Below, piece after piece: positions 20,821-31,588 of a DNA stretch of 64,000 bases. The translations under genes were made by a program, and so were the position numbers. Within the stretch, counting starts at the first letter, position 1, and each line of letters starts with the position of its first letter. This DNA comes from an uncultured Veillonellaceae bacterium (lineage in GTDB: Bacteria > Bacillota > Negativicutes > JARBTT01), in assembly GCA_963805085.1 (NCBI GenBank), contig CAWDTA010000001.1:1-64000 (forward strand). Reading direction: 5' to 3'. Under the pieces are notes generated by a model. That model did not search any database. It was not told the DNA's origin and worked only from the letters and a program-made list of their open reading frames with translations.

Positions 20821-21588
20821 CTATTGCTTCCATGGTAGAGCTAGACGTTCTAACCAATCTAAAATAAGGGAAAAAATATAGCCGAGTACCGATAGCATAA
20901 TCAGGGCAACGAACATTCTTTCGATATCAAACATGTCATAAGCCCGCCAAATCATCCAACCGATTCCCGCTTGAGCGGCTGAGAGCTCAGCGGCTACGAT
21001 TAAAATCAATGCCATGCCCATCCCGAGTTTTAGACCAGCAAAAATCATCGGTAAAGCGCCCGGCAATGCTACGGTCAAATAAAAATTTTTGCGATTAGCG
21101 CCAAAACTTTTTGCTACATCAAGATAGATTTTATCGATATTCAGCACACCTGTCAGTGTATTGATCACGACCAAATAAAAAACGCCAATGGCAATGGTAA
21201 AAATTTTTGAAGTTTCACCAAGTCCGAAGATTAATAAAATAAGTGGCATCAAAGCAAGTTTAGGAATGGGATAGGTTGCATTGATCATTGGTTCTAGCGC
21301 AGAGCGAACCCAAGGCGATAATCCCATGGCAATGCCAATCACAATACCAGGGATGGCACCAACAGCAAACCCTAAGAGGATTCTTTGGACACTGATTGCT
21401 GTATGATAGAGTAATTCGCCGGATAAAAGTAAAGGGATGAAGGCTTTCATAATAAAATAGGGACTAGAAAATAATCGAATATCAATGGCATTCATTCTAG
21501 CCAATATTTCCCATAGGAGTAGCAGCGTTAACGGCGATAAGATAGACATAATGCGAAGTAGTGTTAAGTTGTTCATTTGTGTTTTCAT
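20821..21588 (-). CDS. ABC transporter permease (SsuC/TauC type)
   Basis: Hydrophobic; PIPKLAL, AKSFGA, LIVAAEL motifs. Confidence 0.92.
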   Translation of the reverse strand: MKTQMNNLTLLRIMSILSPLTLLLLWEILARMNAIDIRLFSSPYFIMKAFIPLLLSGELLYHTAISVQRILLGFAVGAIPGIVIGIAMGLSPWVRSALEPMINATYPIPKLALMPLILLIFGLGETSKIFTIAIGVFYLVVINTLTGVLNIDKIYLDVAKSFGANRKNFYLTVALPGALPMIFAGLKLGMGMALILIVAAELSAAQAGIGWMIWRAYDMFDIERMFVALIMLSVLGYIFSLILDWLERLALPWKQ

Positions 21589-21627
21589 GTACTTACCTCA
21601 CAAAGCATCCATTGCGATGCTTTTGTT

Positions 21628-22707
21628 TTATTTATAAGGTCCTAAAATTTTTAATGCAAAATCGACAAAACTATGATCAATTACATCATAAAGTTGAATA
21701 TCTGATGCTAATAAATTATTTTGTTTATACCAAGCCAAATCTAAGGCAATGCCTTTCGTTTTTAAATAGCCATCAGGATTCAAACCAGTTGGGTACATTT
21801 TTTCATATAATGTTGCATCTTTGACAACGGAATATTTGCAAAGAATATCAATGATTTCCGACCGATTCTTATCTTTAAAGAAAGCATCATTATAGTCACG
21901 AACAGATTTAATATATGCGGTCATAAAGCGGTTGGCTACTTCGGTATTTTTGGTTAAACTTGTGCCAAATACAAGTAATGCGGTTTGGGCATCAGGATCA
22001 TATTCAATTGGATCTTTCCAAGGAGATATGATCCCTTTACTGATCCCTTGAGTGATAAATGGTTCAATTACCATAGCGGCATCAATGCTTTGATTACTCA
22101 AGGATACCAGCATATCAGGGAAAGAACGAATCACTTGCACATCGACATCTTTTAATGTCATATTCCCTTTGTTTAACACGCGTTCTAAGGACAATTCATC
22201 CAAGGAGGCAGTGCCAACAATGGCTATTTTTCTGCCCTTCAGATCACTATAATCTTTAATACTATTTTCTAAGTCTTTACGGACAACTAGGCGATAATAA
22301 CCTTGATTAGGAATATTAATACCTTTATCAGCAACTATTTTCACGGGAATGTCGCGTGACATTGCATTAAATAGACCAGAGGATGAAACCGTTGCCCCAA
22401 CATCCAATTGTCCAGCAGCGAGTTGATTGATCATTTCCTGACCAGAACTAAATTGAATAGGTTCAATTTTAATGCCAAGTGCGTCATAATAGCCTTTTGC
22501 CATGCCGATTAAGATGCCAGAATCGGAGCTGACCTGTTTCATCCCTACTTTAACGACAGATGTTTTACTAAGGGGCGATAATGTAGGCGCCCATGCTGGC
22601 GCTTGATCACTCGCTACTTGAATCGTGCCATTTGATGTGCAGCCTGTAAGTAAAAATAGCCATGTTATGATCAAGCATGTGATTTTACATAGCTTACGTA
22701 GTAACAT
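21628..22707 (-). CDS. ABC transporter substrate-binding lipoprotein (SsuA/NMT1 type)
   Basis: AGGAGG RBS before ATG 22707; lipobox LLTGC; DLKGRKIA. Confidence 0.9.
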   Translation of the reverse strand: MLLRKLCKITCLIITWLFLLTGCTSNGTIQVASDQAPAWAPTLSPLSKTSVVKVGMKQVSSDSGILIGMAKGYYDALGIKIEPIQFSSGQEMINQLAAGQLDVGATVSSSGLFNAMSRDIPVKIVADKGINIPNQGYYRLVVRKDLENSIKDYSDLKGRKIAIVGTASLDELSLERVLNKGNMTLKDVDVQVIRSFPDMLVSLSNQSIDAAMVIEPFITQGISKGIISPWKDPIEYDPDAQTALLVFGTSLTKNTEVANRFMTAYIKSVRDYNDAFFKDKNRSEIIDILCKYSVVKDATLYEKMYPTGLNPDGYLKTKGIALDLAWYKQNNLLASDIQLYDVIDHSFVDFALKILGPYK

Positions 22708-23258
22708 GATATCCCTCCTATATTGATTGTGGTAGTTCATAGTATTCATTGACAATGCATTGGGTGCGAATGCCATTTTACAAAAATAAGGTCCCAGTTC
22801 AGCATCAATTGATATTGAACCAATACCTTATTCTTATAACGAAGTCTATATGTAAAAGTAGTTAAGTAGCTTATAACGATTTATCAACGGTATTGCTTCT
22901 ACCACTTTTTTTCATAGTTCCACTGTTTCGCATAGTGTAATGTATTCAAATATAATTTTAAATAAAAAAAAAGGGATGAAGAAGAGCTACCAGTTCCCAT
23001 TCCTAATGATTGTTTTTAATATGTAGACATTAGAAATTATTTTGATTTTTATGTATTATTTTCAGCTTAATTTACCAATACTAGTCTATATCATTTATTC
23101 AGCAAATTATAGATTACTGCAATAAGTGGGAACTATTTCATGTAAAAAGGTTGTTTTTTTTTCTATACATGGTAGTATAAAACTATATTTATAAAACTAT
23201 ATTTATAAAATTTATTGGTAGGATTCATAAATGTGGCGATGATTGGGAGGAGATTAAC

Positions 23259-23939
23259 ATGTTAGAGATAATTGCAATGACTGTAAAAGATGCCAAGCAC
23301 ATTGAAGCTGGCGGAGCTGACAGAATTGAACTTGTTAGTGCCTTGAGTGAAGGTGGGCTTACACCTAGCTATGGCTTAATTGAAGCGGTAGTAAATGGTG
23401 TTAACATACCTGTAAATATCATGATTAGACCACATGCAAAAGGATTTTATTATACCAATGATGAAATTAATTTGATGAAAAAGGATATCATTATCGCAAA
23501 AGAACTAAACGTAAAAGGTGTTGTTTTTGGCGTATTAGATGAAGAAGAAAATATATCTGAACCTAAATTGCGTGAGCTTTTATCTGTATGCGATGGGCTT
23601 GAGGTTACCTTTAACCGGGCAATTGATTTAATCAATCCAGTTACAGGAATAAAGATTTTAGCAAAGTATCCGCAGATTACAAAGGTTCTTTCTTCGGGCG
23701 GAACAGGGTTTATCAAAGACAACATACCGATATTAAATAAAATGCTAGCACATGCCGGTCATATTCGTTTGCTTGTAGGCGGGGGATTGACGATTGATAA
23801 TATCAACACTGTTATGCAAGAAGTCAAAGGTGTTGAATATCATTTTGGCTCTGCTGCCAGAGAAAACAGTTCCTTGTTTGGTGAGATTAGTACTGAACGC
23901 GTTGAAAAATTAGTCAATATCATAAGGGCAGATAGATAA
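23259..23939 (+). CDS. cutC: copper homeostasis protein CutC family
   Basis: GGADRIEL, EGGLTPS, NIMIRP motifs. Confidence 0.92.
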   Translation: MLEIIAMTVKDAKHIEAGGADRIELVSALSEGGLTPSYGLIEAVVNGVNIPVNIMIRPHAKGFYYTNDEINLMKKDIIIAKELNVKGVVFGVLDEEENISEPKLRELLSVCDGLEVTFNRAIDLINPVTGIKILAKYPQITKVLSSGGTGFIKDNIPILNKMLAHAGHIRLLVGGGLTIDNINTVMQEVKGVEYHFGSAARENSSLFGEISTERVEKLVNIIRADR

Positions 23940-23965
23940 ATGAAAATTAGATGGCAGAAACGATT

Positions 23966-24673
23966 TTACGCTTCTTGCCATCTATTTTTTAATGCTTGCA
24001 TTGCTGCGCTATGCGCATGAATATAAGAGGTATCATAAAGTGGAATAGTCGTGTCAGCTTGGTGTACTAGAAGTCCAATTTCTGTGCAACCTAAGATAAT
24101 TGCTTGGGCTTTTTGTTGATGTAGTTTCTCGATGATCGCAAGAAATTGCATTTTTGATTCAAGATTGATCTTGCCTAAACAAAGTTCATCATAGATAATG
24201 TTGTTTATTATAGTACGTTCGCCTTCGTCGGGAATAATCACATTGATATGATTGGCGATCAGACGGTTTTTATAAAAGTCTTGTTCCATCGTATATTTTG
24301 TACCTAGTAATGCAACCGTGACGATTCCATCGCTTAAGAGTGCTTGTGCTGTTACTTCGGCAATATGTAGAATTGGAATGTGAATAGAATTTTTTATAAT
24401 ATCAATGACTTTATGCATGGTGTTGGTACAAATCACAATAAAGTCAGCACCTGCCTTTTCAAGTGAAGCAGCAGCTTCGGCTAAGATTTGGCCACTTTTG
24501 TTCCAATCCCCCGATGCCTGACACTCTTCGATTTCTTGGAAATCAACGCTGTACATCAGGCATTTGGCTGAATGCAGGCCACCCAATTCTTGTTTTATTG
24601 TTTGATTGATTATCTTGTAATATTCCGTGGTGCTTTCCCAGCTCATTCCACCGATAAGGCCAATTGTTTTCAT
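23966..24673 (-). CDS. aspartate/glutamate racemase family (RacX/YgeA-like)
   Basis: GLIGGMSWEST, CTNTMH, ILGCTEI. Confidence 0.93.
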   Translation of the reverse strand: MKTIGLIGGMSWESTTEYYKIINQTIKQELGGLHSAKCLMYSVDFQEIEECQASGDWNKSGQILAEAAASLEKAGADFIVICTNTMHKVIDIIKNSIHIPILHIAEVTAQALLSDGIVTVALLGTKYTMEQDFYKNRLIANHINVIIPDEGERTIINNIIYDELCLGKINLESKMQFLAIIEKLHQQKAQAIILGCTEIGLLVHQADTTIPLYDTSYIHAHSAAMQALKNRWQEA

Positions 24674-24848
24674 TGTCATCGCTCCAATATTTAGTTAATA
24701 TAATAGACATTGTAACATTATGGCTGCAGGGGCTCAATGCTAAAGATGTAGGAAATACAATATTTTTTTCAAAATGGAAATTCGTCTGTATGGAATAGAC
24801 AAAACGTAATTTAAAACGAATTAATGTTAAAAAAATACGAACGTTTTC

Positions 24849-24878
24849 TTGACATGTATACAAAAAAGGCAATATAAT
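24849..24878 (+). promoter_or_regulatory. sigma-A promoter of ilvE
   Basis: TTGACA-18-TATAAT. Confidence 0.6.
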
Positions 24879-24959
24879 AAATACATTACGAATTTAGATA
24901 TGTTTCGAAGTGAAGGCTTTGAATTGTATGTTTAGATGTTTAAGGGGATGGAAGAAAAG

Positions 24960-26033
24960 ATGGCTGAAATCAAATTTGAAAAAGCTAGAGCGTTAAAAGA
25001 AAAACCAGATGTATCGAAAATTGGGTTTGGTACAAGATTTTCTGACTACATGTTTGAAATGGACTATAATCCAGAAGAAGGTTGGCATGATCCGCGGATC
25101 GTACCATATCATGATATTACGGTTAGTCCAGCAAATACGACACTTCATTATGGTCAAGCGATATTTGAAGGTATGAAAGCATTTAGAACAAATGATGAGC
25201 GTATCGTTATCTTTAGGCCGATTGATCATATCAATCGTTTAAATCGTTCGGCAAAAATTTTAGATATTCCACAGGTGGACGTAGAAACTGTTCACCAGGG
25301 ATTACGTAAATTAATTGAAATTGAAAAAGCATGGGTTCCTGCAAAAAAAGGCACTAGTCTGTATATTAGACCATTTATTTTTGCAACTGATCCATTTTTA
25401 GGGGTAAGCGTGAGCTCCACTTATAAATTATTGATTATTCTTTCACCGGTTGCTGCTTACTACGCTGCAGGCTTTAATCCAGTTAAAATCATGGTGGAAG
25501 ATACTTATGTTCGTGCGGTGCCAGGCGGACTTGGCGAAGCAAAAACGCCAGCTAACTATGCAGCGAGTCTACATGCAGGTCTTGTCGCTCACGAAAAAGG
25601 GTATGACCAAACTTTATGGTTAGATGGTGTTCATCGTAAATACATTGAAGAAGTTGGTTCGATGAATATCTTATTTAAAATCAAAGGCGAAATTGTCACT
25701 CCTGCACTTTGTGGTAGTATTTTAGATGGTATTACGAGAAAAACAGTTCTTGCTGTGGCTAAAGAGTGGGGTGTGCCTACTTCAGAACGTCGTATTACGA
25801 TTGATGAAGTACATGAAGCTTATTTAAACGGTGAGCTTGAAGAGGTATTTGGTTCGGGTACAGCAGCGGTTATTTCTCCAGTTGGGGAACTTTATTATAA
25901 GGGTGAGAAAATGATTATTAATAATGGTGAAATAGGGCCATTTGCACAAAAATTATTCAATCATATCACAGGCTTGCAAAGCGGTGAAGTAAAAGATACA
26001 TTAGGCTTAGTTGAAGAAGTAATAAAACTATAA
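24960..26033 (+). CDS. ilvE: branched-chain amino acid aminotransferase
   Basis: LHYGQAIFEGMKA, SLYIRPF, ILDGITR, EVFGSGTAAVISPVG. Confidence 0.95.
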   Translation: MAEIKFEKARALKEKPDVSKIGFGTRFSDYMFEMDYNPEEGWHDPRIVPYHDITVSPANTTLHYGQAIFEGMKAFRTNDERIVIFRPIDHINRLNRSAKILDIPQVDVETVHQGLRKLIEIEKAWVPAKKGTSLYIRPFIFATDPFLGVSVSSTYKLLIILSPVAAYYAAGFNPVKIMVEDTYVRAVPGGLGEAKTPANYAASLHAGLVAHEKGYDQTLWLDGVHRKYIEEVGSMNILFKIKGEIVTPALCGSILDGITRKTVLAVAKEWGVPTSERRITIDEVHEAYLNGELEEVFGSGTAAVISPVGELYYKGEKMIINNGEIGPFAQKLFNHITGLQSGEVKDTLGLVEEVIKL

Positions 26034-26045
26034 TCTAACGCTTTC

Positions 26046-26077
26046 AAACCTCTTGCTAGCTTTGCAAGAGGTTTTTT
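26046..26077 (+). terminator. intrinsic terminator
   Basis: AAACCTCTTGC-loop-GCAAGAGGTTTTTT. Confidence 0.75.
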
Positions 26078-26464
26078 CTTGTTTTTGGATGGAAAACAGG
26101 AATTTACATACAATATAATAAAATAGTATTAGAGTGTGTTTCAAAGAACACACAACCATAAAATTCAAGAGACCAAGATGCCCAAATGCTAGGCAGGGCG
26201 AGAACGCGAGCGAGGGCTCGCAGGATGAGTATTTGTAACAGTATCTATTATAGGTAGAAGGTTGAATTGTGAAAATATGGTGGGGATTATTGGTCTTTTT
26301 AAGTTTATCTCATAAGTTTCTGGAAAAAAAATCGAGAAATATAGTACTATTGGTCTAATTTTCACTAATGTTACAAAATTTTAATAATTTTCCATAGATT
26401 TAAAAAGGATTTTACCATTATAAAGAGAATAGCAATTAGGAATAATAGTTGAGGGGTTTTGTGT

Positions 26465-27286
26465 ATGCCAATACAATTGAGAGGATTATTATCAACCATT
26501 AGCTTCCTTGATTTAGTTGATATTCTGATCGTAGCATTTATTTTATATAAGTTATATATCTTATTAAAAGATACAAGAGCGATTACTTTAGTAAAGGGAT
26601 TGTTTGTACTTTTGATACTTACAATGGTCAGCAATTGGCTAGGTCTTAATGTTATTTATTGGTTGTTACAAAAGACGGTAACTTTAGTGTTTGTGGCGTT
26701 GCCACTTGTTTTTCAGCCAGAATTAAGGCGTACTTTAGAGCATTTAGGACAGGGAAAGTTATTCGGTAGAAGTGTATTTTTAAATGTGGAAGAGGCTAAG
26801 TCGTTAGTAAATGAACTAGATAAAGCAGTAACCGTGCTGGCACAAAATAAAATAGGGGCTCTGATCGTGTTAGAGCGTGAGACAGGACTAAATGATTATT
26901 GTGCGACTGGTATTCAAATAGATGGGCTGGTTACATCGGAATTTTTGATTAATGTATTTATACCAAATACACCGCTTCATGATGGTGCAGCCATTATCCG
27001 TGGAAATCGTATGGTTTCCGCTGGTTCTTTATTGCCATTGACAGAAGATCGGACGTTAAGCAAAGAATTGGGAACTAGGCATAGAGCGGCAATAGGAATC
27101 AGTGAACAGTCAGATGCCATTGTTGTGGTGGTTAGTGAAGAAACTGGTACAGTATCTATTGCTCGGAGTGGCAGATTAATACGTCACTTAGATTCAGAAA
27201 AATTAAAACAAAATTTAAAACCTTTGTTTGCAACTCGTCAAACGAACGTTACTGATATGTTTTCTAAATGGAGGCATAATAAATGA
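26465..27286 (+). CDS. cdaA: diadenylate cyclase CdaA
   Basis: Three N-terminal TMs, FQPELRR, TPLHDGA, GTRHRAA. Confidence 0.96.
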   Translation: MPIQLRGLLSTISFLDLVDILIVAFILYKLYILLKDTRAITLVKGLFVLLILTMVSNWLGLNVIYWLLQKTVTLVFVALPLVFQPELRRTLEHLGQGKLFGRSVFLNVEEAKSLVNELDKAVTVLAQNKIGALIVLERETGLNDYCATGIQIDGLVTSEFLINVFIPNTPLHDGAAIIRGNRMVSAGSLLPLTEDRTLSKELGTRHRAAIGISEQSDAIVVVVSEETGTVSIARSGRLIRHLDSEKLKQNLKPLFATRQTNVTDMFSKWRHNK

Positions 27287-28230
27287 TTGATATGATAAAT
27301 AGAAATTTGACTGCAAAAATTATTGCTTTGATTGTTGCAATTGTACTATGGTTTTTCGTTATGAATGAGCAAAATCCAGCGATTGACAGCAGCTTTACCT
27401 TGCCGCTTGAAGTCACTCATGCACCAGATGGATACACGGTTAACCGCAGTGTGGAGAGTGTCAAATTAAAAGTACGTGGACCACGTAGCTTATTTGCTAC
27501 GGCAACAGAACGTGATTTTAAGGCGTATGTTGACTTGAGTGGAATTAAAGAAGGAAAACATTCGATTAAAGTGCAAACTGTATTGCCACAAGGGTTTGAT
27601 ATTGTAACCATCTCGCCAGAAACCGTTATTTTTGATATTGATAAGATCATTAAGCGTGATATTAAAGTAGATGTTGCTTTTTCGGGGACTCCCGATTCGG
27701 GGGTAACCATTGGGAAAGCTGCAGCGGCAGTAAATACGGTAACGATTCAAGGATCAACTACTGCCGTAAATTCGGTTGCTAAGATTGTCGGCTATATTAA
27801 TTTGGCGGGTAGAAATACTGACTTTACTGTTGATATGCCAATTGTTGCGGTAAATAGTGAAGGGAAAGAAGTGTCAGATATCAAATTATCGACGGATTCG
27901 GTGAAGGTTGATGTATCAATTGTCAAAGGTTTGTATAAGAAATATGTTGATATTAAACCAAATATCGGTGATGATTTGCCAGCAGAGTATGTTTTGAATG
28001 GAATTAAAATTGAACCAGCGAAAATAGATATTTATGGTGATCAAAGGGTTGTCGATACCCTCGATTTCGTATATACTGAAAAAATCAGTTTAGCTGATGT
28101 TGATAAATCAACATCAAAACAAATAAAAGTACAGTTGCCAATCGGAATAACGGTGACAAATGATACAATAACTGCTAAAATTGATGTAGCAAGGCGAAAA
28201 GAGAACCCGGTAAAGAAGAGTAATGAGTAA
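27283..28230 (+). CDS. cdaR: CdaA regulator CdaR (YbbR domains)
   Basis: N-terminal TM, repeated YbbR-like segments, overlaps the cdaA stop. Confidence 0.9.
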   Translation: MIDMINRNLTAKIIALIVAIVLWFFVMNEQNPAIDSSFTLPLEVTHAPDGYTVNRSVESVKLKVRGPRSLFATATERDFKAYVDLSGIKEGKHSIKVQTVLPQGFDIVTISPETVIFDIDKIIKRDIKVDVAFSGTPDSGVTIGKAAAAVNTVTIQGSTTAVNSVAKIVGYINLAGRNTDFTVDMPIVAVNSEGKEVSDIKLSTDSVKVDVSIVKGLYKKYVDIKPNIGDDLPAEYVLNGIKIEPAKIDIYGDQRVVDTLDFVYTEKISLADVDKSTSKQIKVQLPIGITVTNDTITAKIDVARRKENPVKKSNE

Positions 28231-28244
28231 GGAGAGAATAATTA

Positions 28245-29849
28245 TTGTTACGGATAACTAATTTTAGTGTACCTTTCGATGATGAATCTCCGCTAAAAGA
28301 TATTGTAGCGAAACGCTTAAAATTACCACCTGAAGCTGTGCTTGAGGTGGTAGTTGTGCGTAAAGCCATCGATGCTAGGCGGTATAGAAATAGTCCAATC
28401 CAATTTGTTTATATGTTAAATGTTACGGTAGCGATGCCGGAAAAGAAGGTGCTAGCTAAGCTACGCAATGATAAAAATGTGGCAATGTTGGAGAGTAAGA
28501 GCCAAGAACCTTTGGTTTATGGTGAGGCTCTTTTAAAGGCGCGACCAGTCATCATCGGTTTAGGACCAGCAGGACTTTTGGCAGCTTGGACTTTAGCGAA
28601 ACATGGTTATAAGCCGCTTGTCTTAGAACGTGGGCGCGATGTTGACCGTAGAACAGCAGATATTCAAAAGTTTTGGCAAAGCGGCAGCCTTGACGAACAA
28701 TCTAATGTACAATTTGGCGAAGGTGGAGCAGGCACTTTTTCCGATGGTAAGCTCACAACGCGTATTAATGATAGTAAAATGACGGATGTTCTTGATTTAT
28801 TTATTTCAGCAGGAGCACCACCGGAAATTAAATATTTGCATAAACCACATATCGGTACGGATAAATTGCGTAATGTTGTAAAAAATATTCGTAATCAGAT
28901 CATTTGTTTCGGTGGTGAAGTACGTTTTGAAGCCACCGTTACAAATATTGATAACAATGATGGCGTAGTTCAAGGTGTCATGGTAAATGAAACCGAATAT
29001 ATTACTTGCTCTGTAGTTATGCTCGGTATTGGGCATAGTGCACGCGATACATATACTATGCTTCATAAAAATCAAATTGCGATGGAAGCAAAAGCGTTTG
29101 CTGTGGGGGTTCGCATTGAACATCCACAAGAATGGATGGATAAGGCTCAGTATACTGTTGATGCAGGGCATAAACGCTTACCAGTTTCCGATTATGCGTT
29201 AACGTACCAAGATAAAGAAACTGGGCGAGGTGCGTATTCCTTTTGTATGTGTCCGGGTGGACAAGTGGTTGCGGCCACTTCGGAAAAAGGTCAAGTTGTT
29301 ACGAATGGTATGAGTAATTACCATCGTAATTCTGGTATCGCCAATAGTGCGCTCTTGGTAACGGTTGGTCCGGATGATTTTGACAGTGATGATGTCTTAG
29401 CAGGTATTGCGTTTCAACGTAAGTATGAAGCACTAGCCTTTACTTGTGCTGGTAGTAACTATTATGCCCCGGTACAAACGGTGGGGGATTTCTTAAATAA
29501 GAAAAAGGGGAGCATCGATTTTATAACAAAGCCAACGTATTTACCAGGTGTGACCGCAGTTGATTTACGCGAATGCCTGCCTGATTTTATATCCCATACA
29601 CTTGCGCATGCTCTACCTTATTTTGGTCAGAAAATCAAAGGATTTGATCATCCAGGGGTATTGATGACTGGCGTAGAAACACGTTCCTCTGCACCATGCA
29701 GAATCATTCGAACTCGTGAATTTGTTTCTTTGAATACCGAGGGATTATATCCAATCGGTGAAGGCGCAGGGTACGCTGGTGGCATTATGAGTGCAGCAAT
29801 TGATGGGTTAAATGGCGCAATTGCTGTAATGAAAAAATATAAAGCATAA
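28245..29849 (+). CDS. uncharacterised FAD-dependent oxidoreductase
   Basis: GLGPAGL, GEGGAGTFSDGKL, SFCMCPGG, GEGAGYAGGI. Confidence 0.9.
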   Translation: MLRITNFSVPFDDESPLKDIVAKRLKLPPEAVLEVVVVRKAIDARRYRNSPIQFVYMLNVTVAMPEKKVLAKLRNDKNVAMLESKSQEPLVYGEALLKARPVIIGLGPAGLLAAWTLAKHGYKPLVLERGRDVDRRTADIQKFWQSGSLDEQSNVQFGEGGAGTFSDGKLTTRINDSKMTDVLDLFISAGAPPEIKYLHKPHIGTDKLRNVVKNIRNQIICFGGEVRFEATVTNIDNNDGVVQGVMVNETEYITCSVVMLGIGHSARDTYTMLHKNQIAMEAKAFAVGVRIEHPQEWMDKAQYTVDAGHKRLPVSDYALTYQDKETGRGAYSFCMCPGGQVVAATSEKGQVVTNGMSNYHRNSGIANSALLVTVGPDDFDSDDVLAGIAFQRKYEALAFTCAGSNYYAPVQTVGDFLNKKKGSIDFITKPTYLPGVTAVDLRECLPDFISHTLAHALPYFGQKIKGFDHPGVLMTGVETRSSAPCRIIRTREFVSLNTEGLYPIGEGAGYAGGIMSAAIDGLNGAIAVMKKYKA

Positions 29850-29906
29850 TGAATAACTAAATTTTGATATTTGATAGTTGTTTGATTTTGAAGGGAGTAA
29901 TAAAAA

Positions 29907-31256
29907 ATGGCAAGACTTTTTGGAACTGATGGTGTACGTGGTGAGGCAAATATTGATCTTACCCCGGAATTGGCCTATCGCTTAGGTAGAGCTGCAACGA
30001 TATTTTTTGGGGAAGAAACGGATGAGCAGCCAGTACTTTTGATTGGTATGGATACGCGTATTTCTGGGCCGATGTTTGAAGCGGCACTTTCCGCAGGAAT
30101 TTGTTCAGCTGGTGGTAAGGCAATCGTTGCTGGTGTTGTACCTACGCCTGCCATCGCTTATTTAACAAAACATATCAATGCACAAGCAGGGATTGTTATT
30201 TCAGCATCACATAATCCATACCAAGATAATGGTATTAAATTTTTTGGTAGCAATGGCTATAAATTGCCAGATGCAGTGGAAGATCAATTAGAAGCTCGTG
30301 TACATGCAATAGAAGAAGGAACAAAATTATTTCGTCCAACTGGTGAGAAAATTGGTACGATTGAATATCGTCATGATCTTATCAAATCATATATCAATTA
30401 TGTCTTAACAACCGTAAAAGGTGATTTCAAGGGAATGAAAGTGGTACTAGATTGTTCGAATGGAGCTTCTTTTGAATCGATGCCAGTGGTATTGAAAAGC
30501 CTAGGTGCAGAAGCAATTGTGATAAATAAACAACCAAATGGTACGAATATCAATAAAGAATGTGGTTCTACGCATATGGAAGCTTTACAAAAAGCGGTGC
30601 TAGAGCACAAAGCTGATATTGGAATAGCCCATGATGGAGATGCAGACCGGTGTTTAGCAGTTGACGAAAAAGGTGAACTGATTGATGGTGATAAAATTCT
30701 TGTTATTTGTGCATTAGAAATGATGGAAAAAGGAACACTAAAGGATAATACTTTAGTTACCACGGTAATGGCGAACATCGGTTTACATCAAACGATTAAA
30801 AAAGCTGGCGGTAGATTAGAAGTAACGAAAGTTGGCGATCGTTATGTTTTAGAAAATATGCTTGAAAATGGTTATACCTTGGGTGGTGAACAATCAGGGC
30901 ACATCATCTTTAGTGAATTTAGTACAACTGGTGATGGCTTAATCACAGCAATTCAATTAATTTCGTCGATAAAAAGAAGTGGGAAAACCGCTTCTGAATT
31001 GGCTGGACTAATGACAAGCTATCCGCAATTATTAGTGAACGTTCGTGTAAAAACAAAAGATGGCTGGGAAGAGAACAGTCAAATTAAAGAAGCGATTCGA
31101 GCTGGTGATGATGAACTTGGAGATAATGGTCGTATTTTAGTGCGCCCGTCTGGTACGGAACAATTAATCCGCGTGATGGCCGAAGGCCCAGATCAAACAC
31201 AATTAGATAAAATTTGTCATGAAATTGCTGCTGTTGTAAAAACGGTTCAAGGATAA
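29907..31256 (+). CDS. glmM: phosphoglucosamine mutase
   Basis: FGTDGVRG, SASHNP, DGDADR, GGEQSGH, RPSGTE. Confidence 0.97.
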   Translation: MARLFGTDGVRGEANIDLTPELAYRLGRAATIFFGEETDEQPVLLIGMDTRISGPMFEAALSAGICSAGGKAIVAGVVPTPAIAYLTKHINAQAGIVISASHNPYQDNGIKFFGSNGYKLPDAVEDQLEARVHAIEEGTKLFRPTGEKIGTIEYRHDLIKSYINYVLTTVKGDFKGMKVVLDCSNGASFESMPVVLKSLGAEAIVINKQPNGTNINKECGSTHMEALQKAVLEHKADIGIAHDGDADRCLAVDEKGELIDGDKILVICALEMMEKGTLKDNTLVTTVMANIGLHQTIKKAGGRLEVTKVGDRYVLENMLENGYTLGGEQSGHIIFSEFSTTGDGLITAIQLISSIKRSGKTASELAGLMTSYPQLLVNVRVKTKDGWEENSQIKEAIRAGDDELGDNGRILVRPSGTEQLIRVMAEGPDQTQLDKICHEIAAVVKTVQG

Positions 31257-31261
31257 AAGTA

Positions 31262-31290
31262 TTGACCGATTGAAAAACTTATATTACAAT
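31262..31290 (+). promoter_or_regulatory. sigma-A promoter of glmS
   Basis: TTGACC-17-TACAAT. Confidence 0.55.
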
Positions 31291-31398
31291 ATGGGTTGTA
31301 CATGCGAAGGAGCACAAAAATGCTCCTTCGTGCGTATTTTATAATGGCTTATTTAGGGGGTGAGAATGACGGGAAAATGAGAAATGTTTTTTTAGTTA

Positions 31399-31538
31399 TA
31401 GCGCTAGCTCTTATTGACTTAAGAGGACGAGGAAGAGGTTTATCGAAAAGAATCGGCGGATGCCTCTCGGCTTACTACAGTCGTTACAAACCGACAAAAC
31501 TGTGAGGTGACTTACAGGCCAAAGCGGTGCGAGTAGCA
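31399..31538 (+). ncRNA. glmS ribozyme (GlcN6P-activated)
   Basis: AGCGC...GACGAGG..GAGGTTTATCGAA..TCGGCGGATGCCTCTCGG...ACAAAAC..GGTGAC core directly upstream of glmS. Confidence 0.9.
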
Positions 31539-31588
31539 AAGACAGTTTTAGTTTGATTATAAAATGTAAAATTTTGGAGGAATCACTT

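Noticed and set aside
23176-23210. 14-bp tandem repeat upstream of cutC
   Set aside because: Nearly all A/T and only 2.5 copies; likely slippage
26175-26235. GC-rich intergenic stretch before cdaA as a riboswitch
   Set aside because: No recognisable aptamer consensus; more likely a degenerate dispersed repeat, with only one copy here
31296-31505. 69-aa ORF
   Set aside because: Overlaps the glmS ribozyme leader
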